Shown here: in pieces, positions 24,501 to 37,654 of the stretch
How positions within the stretch are numbered: position 1 is the stretch's first letter
Layout: every line of letters begins with the position of its first letter
From: Takakia lepidozioides
Taxonomy: Eukaryota; Plantae; Bryophyta
NCBI GenBank assembly: GCA_030704615.1
Contig: CM060733.1
Location: forward strand, 68,944,001-69,008,000
Direction: 5' to 3'
Length of the DNA: 64,000 bases
Translations under genes and position numbers: made by a program
The notes under the pieces: generated by a model
What the model was told of the DNA's origin: nothing
Databases searched by the model: none
Seen by the model: the letters and a program-made list of their open reading frames with translations, nothing else

Positions 24501-27500
24501 ATGCTGATTTTGCTTAGTTTCTCCCATTTGTTTTACATCTTCGTTTTCAGCTTCATGTCTATTATCATTACAATAAGACTTGTCCAGAAATAGGTGTAAC
24601 ATTACTTTCTCCTGCTTGCATGACATGATTTGGAAATCATCCACTGCTACTGAAGTTGATGCCACCAGAACACTTGTTAGAGCGTAATCAGACTTGATGT
24701 AAACGCTGTTGATAAATTGGCGAAGATGGTGACTCTAGTGGGGAGTTCCCAAAAAATCCATCAATGTAATAATGATATGCTAGAGAGGAATGTCTAATGT
24801 AATTCCCATGTAATTACAAGATTTCAAGTACTTCACATTCAGTAGTTTTCGGCAGCGTCTTCTCATCAGTGGGTGCGATGTAAAGGAAGGCCAGGTTGTG
24901 CACTCCATGTTGTGTTTTTTTCCCCAGTGTAACTAGATTCAGTTGTTGTTATCCATGTTGTATAATTGTTTCTTATACTAAATAAAGTTGTTCTTACTAC
25001 TTGTTGAGTTGTTCATTCGACTATAGTAGAGTAGACCAGTTCTTTCGTCCACTACATGGACTTAATGTTGCTAGTACTTGTCAATTTGTTCCCCCTACTG
25101 ACTCCAGTTGTTCCTACTACTTGGGTGTTTTAGCACACGACTCTAATATTGATGTGTGCCACGCGATTCATGGATTTTTGACAGCGCCGTAATTCATCCA
25201 TCTGGATTCTGCGGGAGTACGGTTTTCGGGTTGGCCCTTTCATCCGAGTTACAGCGTAATTCAGATGGGACAAGAGTTTACCGTTGTCAGGATGGCCCGT
25301 TCATCCCCATTTCGGCGCCATAATTCATCCATCTGCGGGGTCATGGTTCTCGCTCCCGCCCCTTGCAGTGTTCAATGTCTCTTGCGTCTCTCATGTGCCT
25401 TGTAATACTGAATGTCTGGGACTTGGGGATCGGAAATTGCTCGGCTGACGTCTGTGCGTTGCACCATCCAAAATCCCGCCCGCAATCCATACTGCAGATG
25501 CGCACTCGCATGCAACTATCGCGAGAGAGGGAGAGAGAGAGGGAAAAAAAACCAAGCGGAACAAGAAGGTTGCGGAAGCTCGGAACCAAACATGTCCTCT
25601 GCTCTATGTCGTCCAGCTTCATTGACGCGATTGATGCTTGCAATTGAAAACGTCAACCATGAAAATAGATATTGCTCCATGGAACCTGCGCAAGCATAAG
25701 AAAAAATATGAAGTTTGCGAAAATCCTTCAATCTCCACAAACATTGTTGGCATTCTACTTTGCTCGCACTCGACTTGTTGAAAATGTACGCCAGCTGCTC
25801 TGCTGCTTCTAGAACGCGCTTTGGCAATCCAAAATGGTAAAGAACATAGCTTGCAGCAGGCACTTTATGATAGAATAGAAGAAAATGAGATGATGAACGC
25901 ACGAGTAGAGCAAGTCCCTGAATCCTTGGAACACCGTCTTGTTTTTTTCCACATACTTGCAAAGATCTGGCCTCTCATCAAGCACTTTTATCGAAACTGG
26001 AACCCCAACAGCCTCACAACTATCGACCTCTTCCTCAACTACGACCCAACAGCAAAACAAAGATCCCTGGTCTGTCAGGTCTTTGAAACCCTGAGGCCAC
26101 ACTTTGGATGGTGTCTCGAATGCATATGCTACAGTGCTACGTAAGACCTCTGTGTCTGGACCAAGAAACCCCCAGTTGTCTGCTGGCGAGCTCTCAACGC
26201 CACCATCCACTGCCTCCCCCGAGTCCGAGCGTGAGATTAATTGGAAACATCTCAAAACTTCCACGAAGGCTTCATGAATTCATTATCGGTAGATTCTGTT
26301 TTTGGCTTAGCTATTTCTCGTTTCTAGTTCTTGGTTCCTCTTAGTGACATAATAGCCACGTTTACTCTTCTTTATGGCGTGGCTACTTTACGAGAGCCCT
26401 TTTTGGTGTTGTCTTTTCTTGCTTTTCGGGCCTTAGCTCGGTTTGTCATCTACCGGTTAGGTCGTTCACTAACTACGGTGTGTGCCTTATGGTGGGCTCG
26501 GGAATTTGAATTTTTTTTCTCCCCAAATAATTCCAAATAAAGTGGCATCAAGGGCCTCTGTCCCCTCTTCATTTTTTTAAAAAAAATGTTGGGTTTTTGT
26601 TGTCTATATTTTGGACAATTAATATATAGATCTACTAATTTATTATAAGCACACATCAACCAACTCTACTATAGATACTGGATGTATGTAGTACATCTAT
26701 TTAGTCTCTATATTTACACATTTTAAATCCACTTGTTAAGATTTTGATTTAAAAAAACTTTATAGAACACACCCTTGATATGAATAAAAATGAATCTTAG
26801 TTATGTCAATTCTAATCGGAGTCTTTTTTCTCTATAATAAAACAGTACCATTAATTGACTGAATATTATTTTTTTAATTTTAAAATTTATTTGAAGTGTA
26901 CTTTTCTTGAGATCTATTGTATTTTTAATTTAAAATATAAAGAGATATTGAACCATATAAGAAAGAAATAAGGAAAAACAACTCTTGCATAAGCACACAG
27001 AACTTATGGTGTTGTAGTGTGAATGCAGGGGACAGAACATATGTTTACCATTACGACCTACATCACTATGACGGAGTGCCCGTCATCCCAACTGCAGAAA
27101 GGATGTATCCCTTCATGTAGGTAATTTCATGAGCGCACTGAACTTATGCTTTGCCAGGAGAAAATGGCTAAGTCATGACGGTACACATTTTCATCCATGC
27201 GATGAACGTTTTCATCACTGGTTCTTGACCTAAAAGATCGCGGGTTGAGAAAAACGAAGAGGAAGATGACGGATGGCTCGTAGCGGCTGTTGCAAGCAGT
27301 GGTGTCGGCAGGGCAGCCTGTGTTAGGAGGTTGTACCTGCGCGGTGGGATCTTGCTTGGCTTAGGAAGCGGCATTAAGACGCCTCTGCTTGGTATTCTGT
27401 GTAGAAAGAAGCGGTGCCGCCTCTCTCGTAGTGATGATCAATTCCAAGAGATAGAAGCATGTAAGGAAAGCGGCGCACCACCACTGCCGCCAGTGCCTTG

Positions 27501-29361
27501 AAGATGATAGTTATGGGCAGATGAGCAAGCAAGGAAAAGGCCAGCTGCTGAAAGCACAGGGAAGAGAGTCTGGGCACAATCAATGGGGGGGGAGGTAAAG
27601 CATGTGGAGTTCTGGCTGTATGGTATCTCAGGTTCTCTGTCATTAAGCTTCTAGCTGCTTTGTGTCTCCTTGTTATAGGACCAGGCCAATTCGAGAGGAA
27701 GAATTGCATAGCGTAATCTGGTTGTCAGGCCACAGGATGGTCCAAGTGAAGAAGGGGAGCCATCATGGCGTCATAAGGTCTGGAATCAAGACAAAGAGAA
27801 AGGGTTGAAGTGGCTGCTGACGGGCGATGGCAAGGTGCCACCTTGACAGGCAGACCCGCCGCTTCACTAGTGGATAAAAACAGATAAGTCGATGAACAGA
27901 GGCTTCTTTTTGGCCAGGACTTAGAAATTGCTTTGGTAGATTTAGGACTGCCATCTTGGCAGAAGAGAAAAGGTAGAGACATGTGACAAGAAAAAGTTTT
28001 TGAAATGGGAATGGAGACTCTGGACTTCAGACCAGAACGTGGAAAGGATGGATGCACCTGATGTTGTGATGACAGTGAGAGAAATAAGTGAAGAGAGAGA
28101 GAAAGAGAGAGCCTGTTCGTCACTGAATTCAGAATGGTCACTGTTGTCTTCATTCTTGCATTTTGATTCAGTGTCATAAACCTGGACACCATGCTGCCGT
28201 GTGTAGTGATAACCTGGAACCAATGTAGATTTGGCTTGTTTGTTTGGAGAGATCAATGATGGTTAGCTGGAGTTGCAAAAAAACATGGAAAGGATAAGGT
28301 GATTTCACTATGGGATCAGGATCTGAACAACTGCGTTCCACAGTTGAAAGGAAAAGAGGGATGTTGGGGTATTTGGGTTGAAGTCTGACAAAAGAGATGA
28401 GAGCTGTTTGAGCGATGGGTCATTGGAAAAAGGGACAAGAGAGAGAGAAAGAGAGAGAGACTGATGGATGGGATGGTTGTGTCTTGAGAGACCGAGGATG
28501 ACTTCAAGGCTGGCCGCACTGGATGCCTAGCAGCGTGTGCATTCACATTACATGACAGATCTGCTGCTGTGAAATAGTGGGGAACCTGGGGACATAGACA
28601 GAGATAGTGAAACAGACAAAAAGGGAAAAGAAAGAGAGAGAGAGTGAAAAATGGGATTTGGGTAAGGAGAGAGCTGCAATTCAAAAGGGCTGTTGGGGGG
28701 GGGGTTTGGCCAATTTGGGGAGATGAGATGAAGAAAACCTGAAAGAAACCAGTGCCCCTGCAGACCATGAAGATCTGAGCTGCCTCCTCCTAAATCTGTG
28801 TCACCACTACAAAAAGGGGATTTCCGACCTGTCACTGCTCAAGTGGGCTTCACATAAAGGATCGTGTTTACCGCTGCCATTGGGCTGATTTGCATCACTG
28901 AATACATCGCACCAGCATAGCTGGTGTTGTACCTGCTGATAGGGGATGTTGTGTAAAAGGTAGAACCAAGAGTGAACAACAAATTGACTCCCCATCCATG
29001 TCTTCCCTTCCGCTGCGGCGTGGATGAGGATTGCTTGAACTCTGATCATGGAGGAGCTGAGGGAAACCCACAGCCAAGTGACGACAGTTGGACAGATTAG
29101 AAAGAACGCTTCTTTCCTCTTGCTCCGCAATCAATGGAGGGGAGCACAATTAGAATTATACAGAAGGGGATTCACGCCCCTTCTTTTCACACTACAGTGT
29201 CACTTCACCCTGAAAGCCTATTGCTTCCGACATCGCCTGAATCGGGCAAAAGTACCATCGTACTCATACATTAAGATTTTGTAAAATCTGAATATTGTTC
29301 TCAGAAGTCGTCACGAGTAGTGCGGAACAACGCTCAGCCCTAAACATTGTAACTTCATTAA

Positions 29362-31634
29362 CCCTTAAATGCCGAGTGCCATAGTGTGTCTTTTGAAGAA
29401 AAAAGACCCCTGTAGTGAAAAAATGGTGTAACTTTTAAATTAATTTTCTTGAGAACTTGACCACACATTATGTGCGCGGCACACCCTTTCTGCCCATTGA
29501 AATCCTCCTGCACCCACATGCCAATTACCAGGGCAATCAGCCCAAGATCCAAGAAACAACACTCTTGAATGTGGGACCCGTTGGAGAAACATAAATTTTT
29601 TGGCAGTTTTTTAAAGATTTGAGTGGCTGGATCAACTCGGATTGAGGCGAGATTAGTAGGGTGTCATCCCCTTGGATACCTCATCCAATAAGCCAAAATT
29701 AGTCCAATTTGGCGAACGGATGTGGTGCTGCCACTTGGTAAAACCTGGGCAAATCCCCTCATAATGACGACATTTCACACACGTGTGGAGAAATCCCAAA
29801 CCCAACCCTTTTGCTTGCATGATGGTCTACTTTGCTTTAACTCGAAATTAGGGCAATCAGCTACCCAATCATGGCAGTCCACAACAGGGGCCATTCTATG
29901 GCACAGATTTCATAAATTGAAGCACATCTGAAAAAGCAATTTACATTTAAATAGGGCCTGAAGCCCGTTTGGGGCCTGGTGGACGATTAAGTGCCCCTAA
30001 ACGACGATCCGACCCGAATCGGGTCGGCCCGATTTTTCATCCATCCGTAGCATGCACGGATGAAGTCCGATGAACGAGCGGCTTGAATGAAAAATGTAGC
30101 GCGGAACGAGTTGCACACGCAGGTCTTTATGGCGCCCCCAACAGAGAAAAACTCCGCCGTCAGGAATTTTTTGAAGTTTGGAAATTGTAGGATTTTGGGT
30201 GGAGGGGGGGGGGCCCACGGCGGTTGACCGTCGACGTGGCAGGTGGTAGCGGCCACGCGGGTGGGATTATAGGCGGGGGGCATGCAGGGGTTGGAGTCGG
30301 GTGCTTGTGAGGCCCTCCCCAAAACGCCGAGGAACACGGGGACGGCTCGAATGAGCTGGCCCTGGCAAACACTGGAAACCTCGACGTGGCCCGGAAAACG
30401 CCGCTGGATTTAGGCGAAATTCCGGCCACCGATTGCCTAACCTGGAGGAGGTCGGGAATTTCACAAAATCCCACATCCCAAATGCAATTTAGGGAATTTT
30501 TGGGAAATTCTTGGGCAGGCTTGTGTAGTTCTTGGCCTATGAGGGACTGACCGTTGGAATTCCCAATTGAAGGAGAATTTGGGGTCCCAATGGGGCCTAT
30601 ACCATTTCAAATTCTCTTTTTGGACCCCCATTCCAGTCACATACAAAGCACCCCCACCTTCATTTTGGCAGATTGGGGTGAATTTGGTGTGAGGGTTTGG
30701 GATTGTGCACTTCACAGGAAACTTAGCACTTTTTCTCCCAGGAAAATTTGGGATCATGGATAAATTGCTTGGTCATTTTTGCTTTGTTTTTTCCATTTTC
30801 CAAAAATTGCACCATCTTCAAATGTTATAATCTCCCAAACGACAGGGTGGAATCTCCCCAAATTTGGGGGGCTTGTGCATCTGGTAGGTAGGAAGCAGTT
30901 TGTACGGTGGATGAACGTTAGTGGGCTGGTAGCCGCTGACGCTGGTGGGTCCCGGAATGTCCAAAAACCCAAAAACACCTCTTGTTGCCTCAGAATTTTG
31001 TGTGGCCTAGTCGCAATGAGGCCGCACGGTGCAGAGGGGACAGGGACCTGACAGCGGCCCCGCTACATTAAAAAATCCCTATTCCCCTGTTTCTCTTATA
31101 TATAAAGAAAAACGTCAAAATGTTGTCATGTTGGAGGTTGTGGTCCGTTGGTAGGTCGATGGCGATGGCTACGCAGGTCTTGGGTTCCATTCCATAAACG
31201 TAGTTCTGGTGGTTGGCGCTTATTGTAACTACCTCCATGGAGGTGGTATGCAACTACTCTCATGCAGGTAGTTCAGCCTGGTTTTGCAACTCTCTTCATG
31301 TAGAAAACTTTTGTTATACCTGCAAAGACAAGTTCAAAACAAATGAATGACTACGCATTATATGCAAGTGAACTCAAGAGAGTACATCACAAAACCGTGT
31401 CCATTGTGCATGGATGTGAGTGGATGGAGGTGGGTCCCGAAGATAAAGTGAGGGGGTTAAGGAGAAGCACACGTGTGAATTTAAAGCGCCCTGAATATGG
31501 AGGTAGTTCTAAAATTCATATGCCAAAAAATTCTAAGTCCTTGAGTCCTATGTTAATGAGACGGCCTGACGGTCGTCTGACCAGCCTCGTAACAACGTAA
31601 CAACGAGGCCACACAAAATTCTGAGCCTTAGGGG
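29362..31634. mobile_element. Non-autonomous TTAA-flanked DNA element with CCC termini (piggyBac-like)
   Basis: TTAA|CCCTTAAATGCC at 29358 and TTAGGGG|TTAA ending 31638; the right TIR appears split by a MITE; no transposase seen. Confidence 0.4.
30987..31627. mobile_element. MITE (Tourist/PIF-like) with about 27-bp TIRs
   Basis: GCCTCAGAATTTTGTGTGGCCT ... AGGCCACACAAAATTCTGAGCC, followed by TTA; left TSD not clean. Confidence 0.6.
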
Positions 31635-31645
31635 TTAACCATAGA

Positions 31646-31855
31646 ACCACCAGTCAATAGCTTAGGTCGATAGTGCACTGAGTGCCACCAGACGATTCTG
31701 GGGACAAATCCTGCTACATTGTTGGGTGTGGTATGTTCTTCTCCCCCCCTTCCCTGTGGCGGTGTCCCATGAGCTTGGCGCCTCACGGCGAGGTTACTGA
31801 GGCTATTTTCTCCTTTCAATATGTCACTCCTGGGTGTTTCCCTTTAAAAACAAAC
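31646..31855 (+). mobile_element. tRNA-derived SINE, copy 1
   Basis: tRNA-like head 31653-31722, A-rich tail, TSD AACCATAGA at 31637-31645 and 31856-31864; homologous to 41485-42139. Confidence 0.8.
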
Positions 31856-33158
31856 AACCATAGAGGATTGGACTACACCCCCCTTGACGGAACTGCACCT
31901 TCCCACCAAATTTGGAAAGAAAGAGAAAATGCTCCAACCTATCGCTGAAAATTTCTAGAAAATTGTTTTCTGTGATAAGCTACATAATATGTTACGTGAC
32001 TAATCAATATTTTGAAATTTTTCACTTTATCACTTCACGTTTTCCCTGCAAACTGCATACTAGTGATGTCTAAACTGGTTCAATTGAGCAGATTATACCC
32101 GCTTCAAGCGATGCAAAAATATTGGATGGTATGTAGAGAGGGTTGGGGGGTGAAGTGAGGTGTCTTGCTAGGGACATCTTCAAGCATTTTTCTCTTCTAA
32201 CATACTCTTTCCACATTATGCCCTGCTATTGCAGGTAAAACTTTAGGCACTCTGATGCCATCCATCTAAGCGCTGCCATAACATTCGGCAAGAATGTTGT
32301 GTCAATGCGGACAACATGAACCATGCCAACAACAAATCTTTGCAAGACTCTGTAAACCTTCATTCCATAGTTGAGACCAACTTGCCTGACTAGTAAATCT
32401 GCATTTTGCCAAACATGAAAATGAGTTATAATAACCAAAAGGAGAACTCCAAGGCACTAACCCTCCAAAAGACAACAAACAACTAGATCAATCTGGTTTG
32501 TCAACAGCAACATACAAAGCCACGCATGAGCTGAGGATTGTAGTATATTCCTATCAACAAGAGCCTCCTTCTGTCGATGTGAAACTCGAATGACAGTCAC
32601 TGGGCTGTCACATGTCGTGCTCTGAATGGACCGCAAAGTATGCTGTGCAAAAAGTACTCCAGATCAAAGCTTTAAACAAGTAGGCCAAAATATAACCCTA
32701 GTTTATAACTGGTGTCTGGCAGGTACCACAGGGTCAAAATTGTGGTGGCTGATTTGTGGATCTACAAAGAAGGAGAAAATCTTGGCAGAAAACTTCCATG
32801 TAAAGAGTTGATGTCTTGAAATCAACAGCCACCCACCCCGCCAACACGACCAACAACTTGAAGGTTACATCCAGAGAGAGGTCATTCCTGCAAACATGCT
32901 CATCCAGCCTGCAAAACCAATTGTCTGCCTCATGGGATCCCATTGGAGGGTGCTGCAGTGAGGGTCTATAAACCATGTGAATTGCGACCCTTGGTCACAG
33001 CAGCAGATCACCCTGCCCAAGCCCCAAGTCTGAGTGCATTTGCCTTGGGACCATCCCAACTGCCCCACTCTCTCGACCATTATCAGAAAGAGGGAAAGAC
33101 TCAAAAGGAGATATACTCAGATGGGGTCCATCTAGAGACTTGACTACAGACTCCCCAT

Positions 33159-36100
33159 TCATCCACCTGGCGGGGAGATGTTGATGTCAGTGCGTCGGGC
33201 TTCTGCCAATGCCTGGGGGCTTGACCAACCCCCCATTTGGAACATGCCCATACCAGCTTGATTGCTAGGAGGTGGAGCCCCAACGGCTTGATGTTGCCCT
33301 GCACCTGAGTTCATAGGTGCATGATAACCGTCTCAATTTCAACCAACCCCTGACAAGATAATTTGATTAAATTACCTACTCCAATGGAAAGTATTCATCA
33401 AGGCAAGAACATACAGAGGACTAAAACATGCCAAAAAAGAAGGCAGGAGTGCACTTCGACCCAGCCTCCCTTCAACCATCAAACATGGTTGAACATGGAG
33501 ACTTATCATGGATTTCAACATGCAATTATCAGTCCCTCACATGAATAAAATTCTAAGGTTTCAGAACAACCTTATCAACTCCCAGTGTGATCCAGACAGA
33601 ATTGTTTCAGTGCCCCTACCACTGACCCTTTAAGTAAGGAGGGACAACTAAATGAAAGCTACAATGTGAAAAGTAGATCAATATCAGAAAAATAAGTCAA
33701 CAACCATCCTGTAGCAAACCCAACTCAAAGCCACTGTCTTGCACACTCAGAGAAAGCAAAAGGAAGAGCAAACCAGTACCAGCAACCTGCACTGCACTAA
33801 GAGCAATGCAGTACACCACCTGACCTTCAAGGATCAAAGTGAGACAGCTTGGTGTGTACCACATATGTAAAGAGTTTAGTTTTGTAAAGTAAAGAGTTTC
33901 CAGCCACTTGAAGCAGGACGCATATCTGCCTGGTTTGTCAAACCTACTTGAGTTTCAACACCAAGTAGAGCAACATCTTGGAAAAAATGAACTGGCCATT
34001 GCCACTCCATTCTTTCATGATGTAAACCTGGCACATCCAAAAATTTGCATTCTAGAACCAGCAACATAACATACTGAGTGTAGACCTATACAGTCCGAGC
34101 ATGTCATTTCCTCATAAAGCAAGTTCACCTGAGACACCCTTCGGTTCGTTCTTAGGAGTGCGGTGTGCAGGAGTGGTGGCAGCCCCAGGAGTGGCTGTTG
34201 GAGACAACCCGATTGATGGATCTTGCCCATTCCCAGCCTTTGCTTGGCTCTTACCTGGATCCGCAATGAAACTCCCAACCACCACCTATTTGGCAACAGA
34301 AAACAGCAGGTAACTTCATCTACTCAAAACTCACCCCAAGGTTCAAGGAATATCCTCTTAAGGACCTCTCACCCAGAAGACCACAAAACCATCAGCTTAA
34401 GGTATCCCAAACTATGTTAGCCAGCCACGTACTCAAATTTAATAGCAGTTGCAAAATTACAACAGTCATTCACACCCATTTCCTGCGCAACTGCCAGAAA
34501 AAGGTTTAGATCCAACATGTATTAATCTTAGAACTTCTTGGCTCTGAGAAATGATCTCCAGAGCAACCACATAACAAAACATTGACTGCCTTGCCACTAT
34601 GAGCATGAGAGAATGAAGGACAGCAGACACACACAAGCTCAACAATCACGGGGGAACTACCTGTATAGGAGAAGCTGCCATAAGCAGGCCTGCCACACCA
34701 CCGCCTATCACACGCCCATCAGACGCCGCCAAAGAAACACTAAGACCCCCTGTTCGTTGGCGGGACCCACCTCCTGCGTCTGTAGGAAGAAATGAGCCCA
34801 TCAAAGAGAGAATTTCGAAACGCCCCTGCACAAAATTACAAATCAAGTGCTTCAGAAAGTATAGGTCTAGCTTCAGCCATGGTAACTCAATTACTACATC
34901 AGACACCAAGATTCCTCGATAAGAAACGATACATCTCATCCATATGCCATCACTGAATAGACATAGCCGTCTGGCAGTAATAGTCTAGATACAGAATCAA
35001 TTCCCTGGCAGGTTCCACTTTTTCAGTATCGGGTTGAATGTCGAATGGACTGAGATTTTGAGAACCCAAGGCTAACGAGAATCTGCATCTTTTGAGCCCA
35101 TGAACATGTCAAACAGTGCAGTGTAGGCTCCTAGGCACTTGGTCAAAGTTGGGGGTGGGGGGGGGCAGCTTGTGCACAGCAGTGTAGATAGGTCTATGTC
35201 TGCCTTTAGGCAACATACATGTCCAGCGAAGACCAAGAGTACCAGGTAGCATTGGAATTCAGGTTTCAACCAAGAAAACTCAGTCTACTAAACAGAGCAA
35301 ACTGCCTTCAATTTATCATACCTCATACGTTACTGTTCCCCCTGAGGATGCTTGCTGGCGTAGTGTGACATTGGAAATGGCACCATTGGCAGACATTACA
35401 CACACTGCACGTGGGCCATGTTGTGCAAAAGACATTATCTTTGTGGCAACATCCTGCATATTCCAACCAGTCCGAGTAGATGACAACAATGCACATGTAT
35501 TCCCCTCATTATTCAGACAACAATATTGACATTCTCACACCCTTGTTTAGAGCTATGCTTTGAAGATGGTTTGTAGTTCGGCAACACAACCAAGTGGAAA
35601 AAAGCTTCATTGATGGTGGTAATCTTGAATCAGGAATACAAAAAGAATAATGTTTGCTAACAAAAAGCAGTTTGTGCATATCAGATGGTTTGAAATATGC
35701 AATCAATAATCACCACGAAAGATCACACAGGCCTACTTTTACATGGAGGACAGACAAGCAGTGAAAGTGCAGTGAAAATGAGTGGAAGTGGCTAACCTCG
35801 CCAGCTCCAATTGTAATGATGTGAGGGGTGAAGCCCTGCCCCACTGAGGAGCCTACCACTGATGCCCCTGATAAGAAAGGATTTTGCAGCAACATGCGAC
35901 CACCAGGTTAGAATCAGACAACCCACCTGTGGAAGGGTTACCATCCTGAGACCATGCTCTTGAGGGTTATCTCACAGGCAATGATCCAAAGGAACAGGAA
36001 AAGTCAAGCAAAAGTAAAAGTAAAGGAATTTTCAGAAAACAAATTTCAGAAAGGTCCAGTACAGCTAAGGCTGTTGAGAAGTTAAAGGAGTACTAAGTTT

Positions 36101-36345
36101 CTCTCCCTCTCTCTCTCTTCTTGCTGGGTGTGAACACCACAAAAGCTCCGGGAGGGTTAGTTTCCCCCAGGGTCAATGGCCGTAAGGCTATGGCAAGCCA
36201 ATGTTTGGGTGTGTTCCACCCTTGTGACGCCCAAACTAAGTGCAGGTTCTATGGCCACTAGGCTACGGAAAACAACGTCTATGAGTACATTCTCTGTTCC
36301 GCCCAAGCTGGGTGCAGGGCTATGGCAAACAGCGTCTTAAGAGTA

Positions 36346-36383
<38 letters not shown>

Positions 36384-37654
36384 CTCTCTAACCTCAGCTG
36401 GTAAACTACAGAAGGCACAATCAAGCTACCATTTGCATTGATGAAGCAATGAGTAGGGCGAGACTTTACCAAGAGATGCTAGCTGCTGTTTTTTGCCTGA
36501 ACCAGGAGGCCGCCCCCGCCCCCGCTTCTCTGAAGGAGTCTGTGGTGATACTGTAGATGAGGATAGGGGTGTTGTGAGTGCAAGTTGCATATTTCCTGGT
36601 ACCGCTTCAGGACCTGCGTACTTGCGGGGCCTCCCCCTCTTCCTCTTTGGAGGCTCTGCCCGTCCTCCAGACCCTATACCCATGCCCATACCCATGCTAG
36701 GCGGCAAGGTCATCATGGCTGTTGGGGCTCCATCGGTTGGAGAATTGGAACTCCCAGAAGGCATCCCTGGTGATGAGGCTGGTGGCGGCCGTATGGCAGC
36801 TGGCGCATGGAGGCCTTGCCCTTGCCCTACACCTAAGCCTGTACCTCTCTGCTGAAGAAGTCCAAAGGGAACCTGCATAACTAAGCAGTCAATAAGCAAC
36901 AAACATAGCGTGCAAGTCTATCAATGTATTTCAGCCTATTCAACCAACTGTTTAAGAACTTTCACGCAGTCTTTGGAAGAAAAAATATATTCAGCATGGA
37001 AGAGCCCTTGCGAAGTAGCTAGAATATGGCCACTCCAGAGGATATGTTGCAGCCAGCCTGCAAACTGGAGTCATCCTCCTGATACAGCAATTGAGCAGAT
37101 AAATTCTTGTTTGCAAGTGCTAAAGAACAAGGTTCCAAGGTCCAAAATTTCACATACGTATAGAGGTCCAAGTCATCCCTGCATCCTGAGATAGACCAAC
37201 ACACTAATCCAAGTCTCTTGACATGAAAGCAACTATGACCATAACCTCCCAAAGATTAGTAACAGGCACTATCCTCAGTGCAGATTTCAGCCAATAGCCC
37301 TTCAGCATAAAGTTTGCTCTTTTTATGGGCCCATCTGCTATGGAATACTCTTCTGTTCATCAGTAGCCTTACTGCCATACACATAAATGAAGAATCCTCA
37401 TGCAACTAGCATATATCCAGAAATGCTCTCTGTGTTTTGATGAGTGGCTTTGCCCACTTCACTTCCATTGTTGAGGTGGTTTACAAAAACGAACCAGTCC
37501 ATGGAGGGCTGTTTCATCCATTAGCATTGCCCTACTAAAAGTCCCAAGTGAGATTAGAGACATTTTTAAGAATTGCATTTACCAATACAAGAAGACTAAC
37601 CTGCATGTTACCACCTGGCCCGGATGCCGCTCCCACTCCATCCCTGCCTTCCAT
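33159..37654 (-). CDS. AHL: AT-hook motif nuclear-localized protein (AHL, two AT-hooks plus PPC/DUF296), about 375 aa. Coding exons: 37654-37601, 36872-36470, 35867-35797, 35453-35322, 34825-34661, 34285-34129, 33304-33159
   Basis: AT-hooks KRKRGRPRKY and KRGRGRPPGSGKKQ; PPC motifs FTPHII...GEDVATKIMSF...GRFEILSLMGSF...GGGVAGLLMAASPIQVVVGSF; C-terminus TDINISPPGG*; GT-AG introns with consistent phases (1128 nt total). Confidence 0.95.
36349..36378. repeat. (CT)n microsatellite in an AHL intron
   Basis: About 15 TC units. Confidence 0.9.

Noticed and set aside
27000-29300. Possible host gene
   Set aside because: Gene-like composition, but no recognisable domain or consistent exon chain
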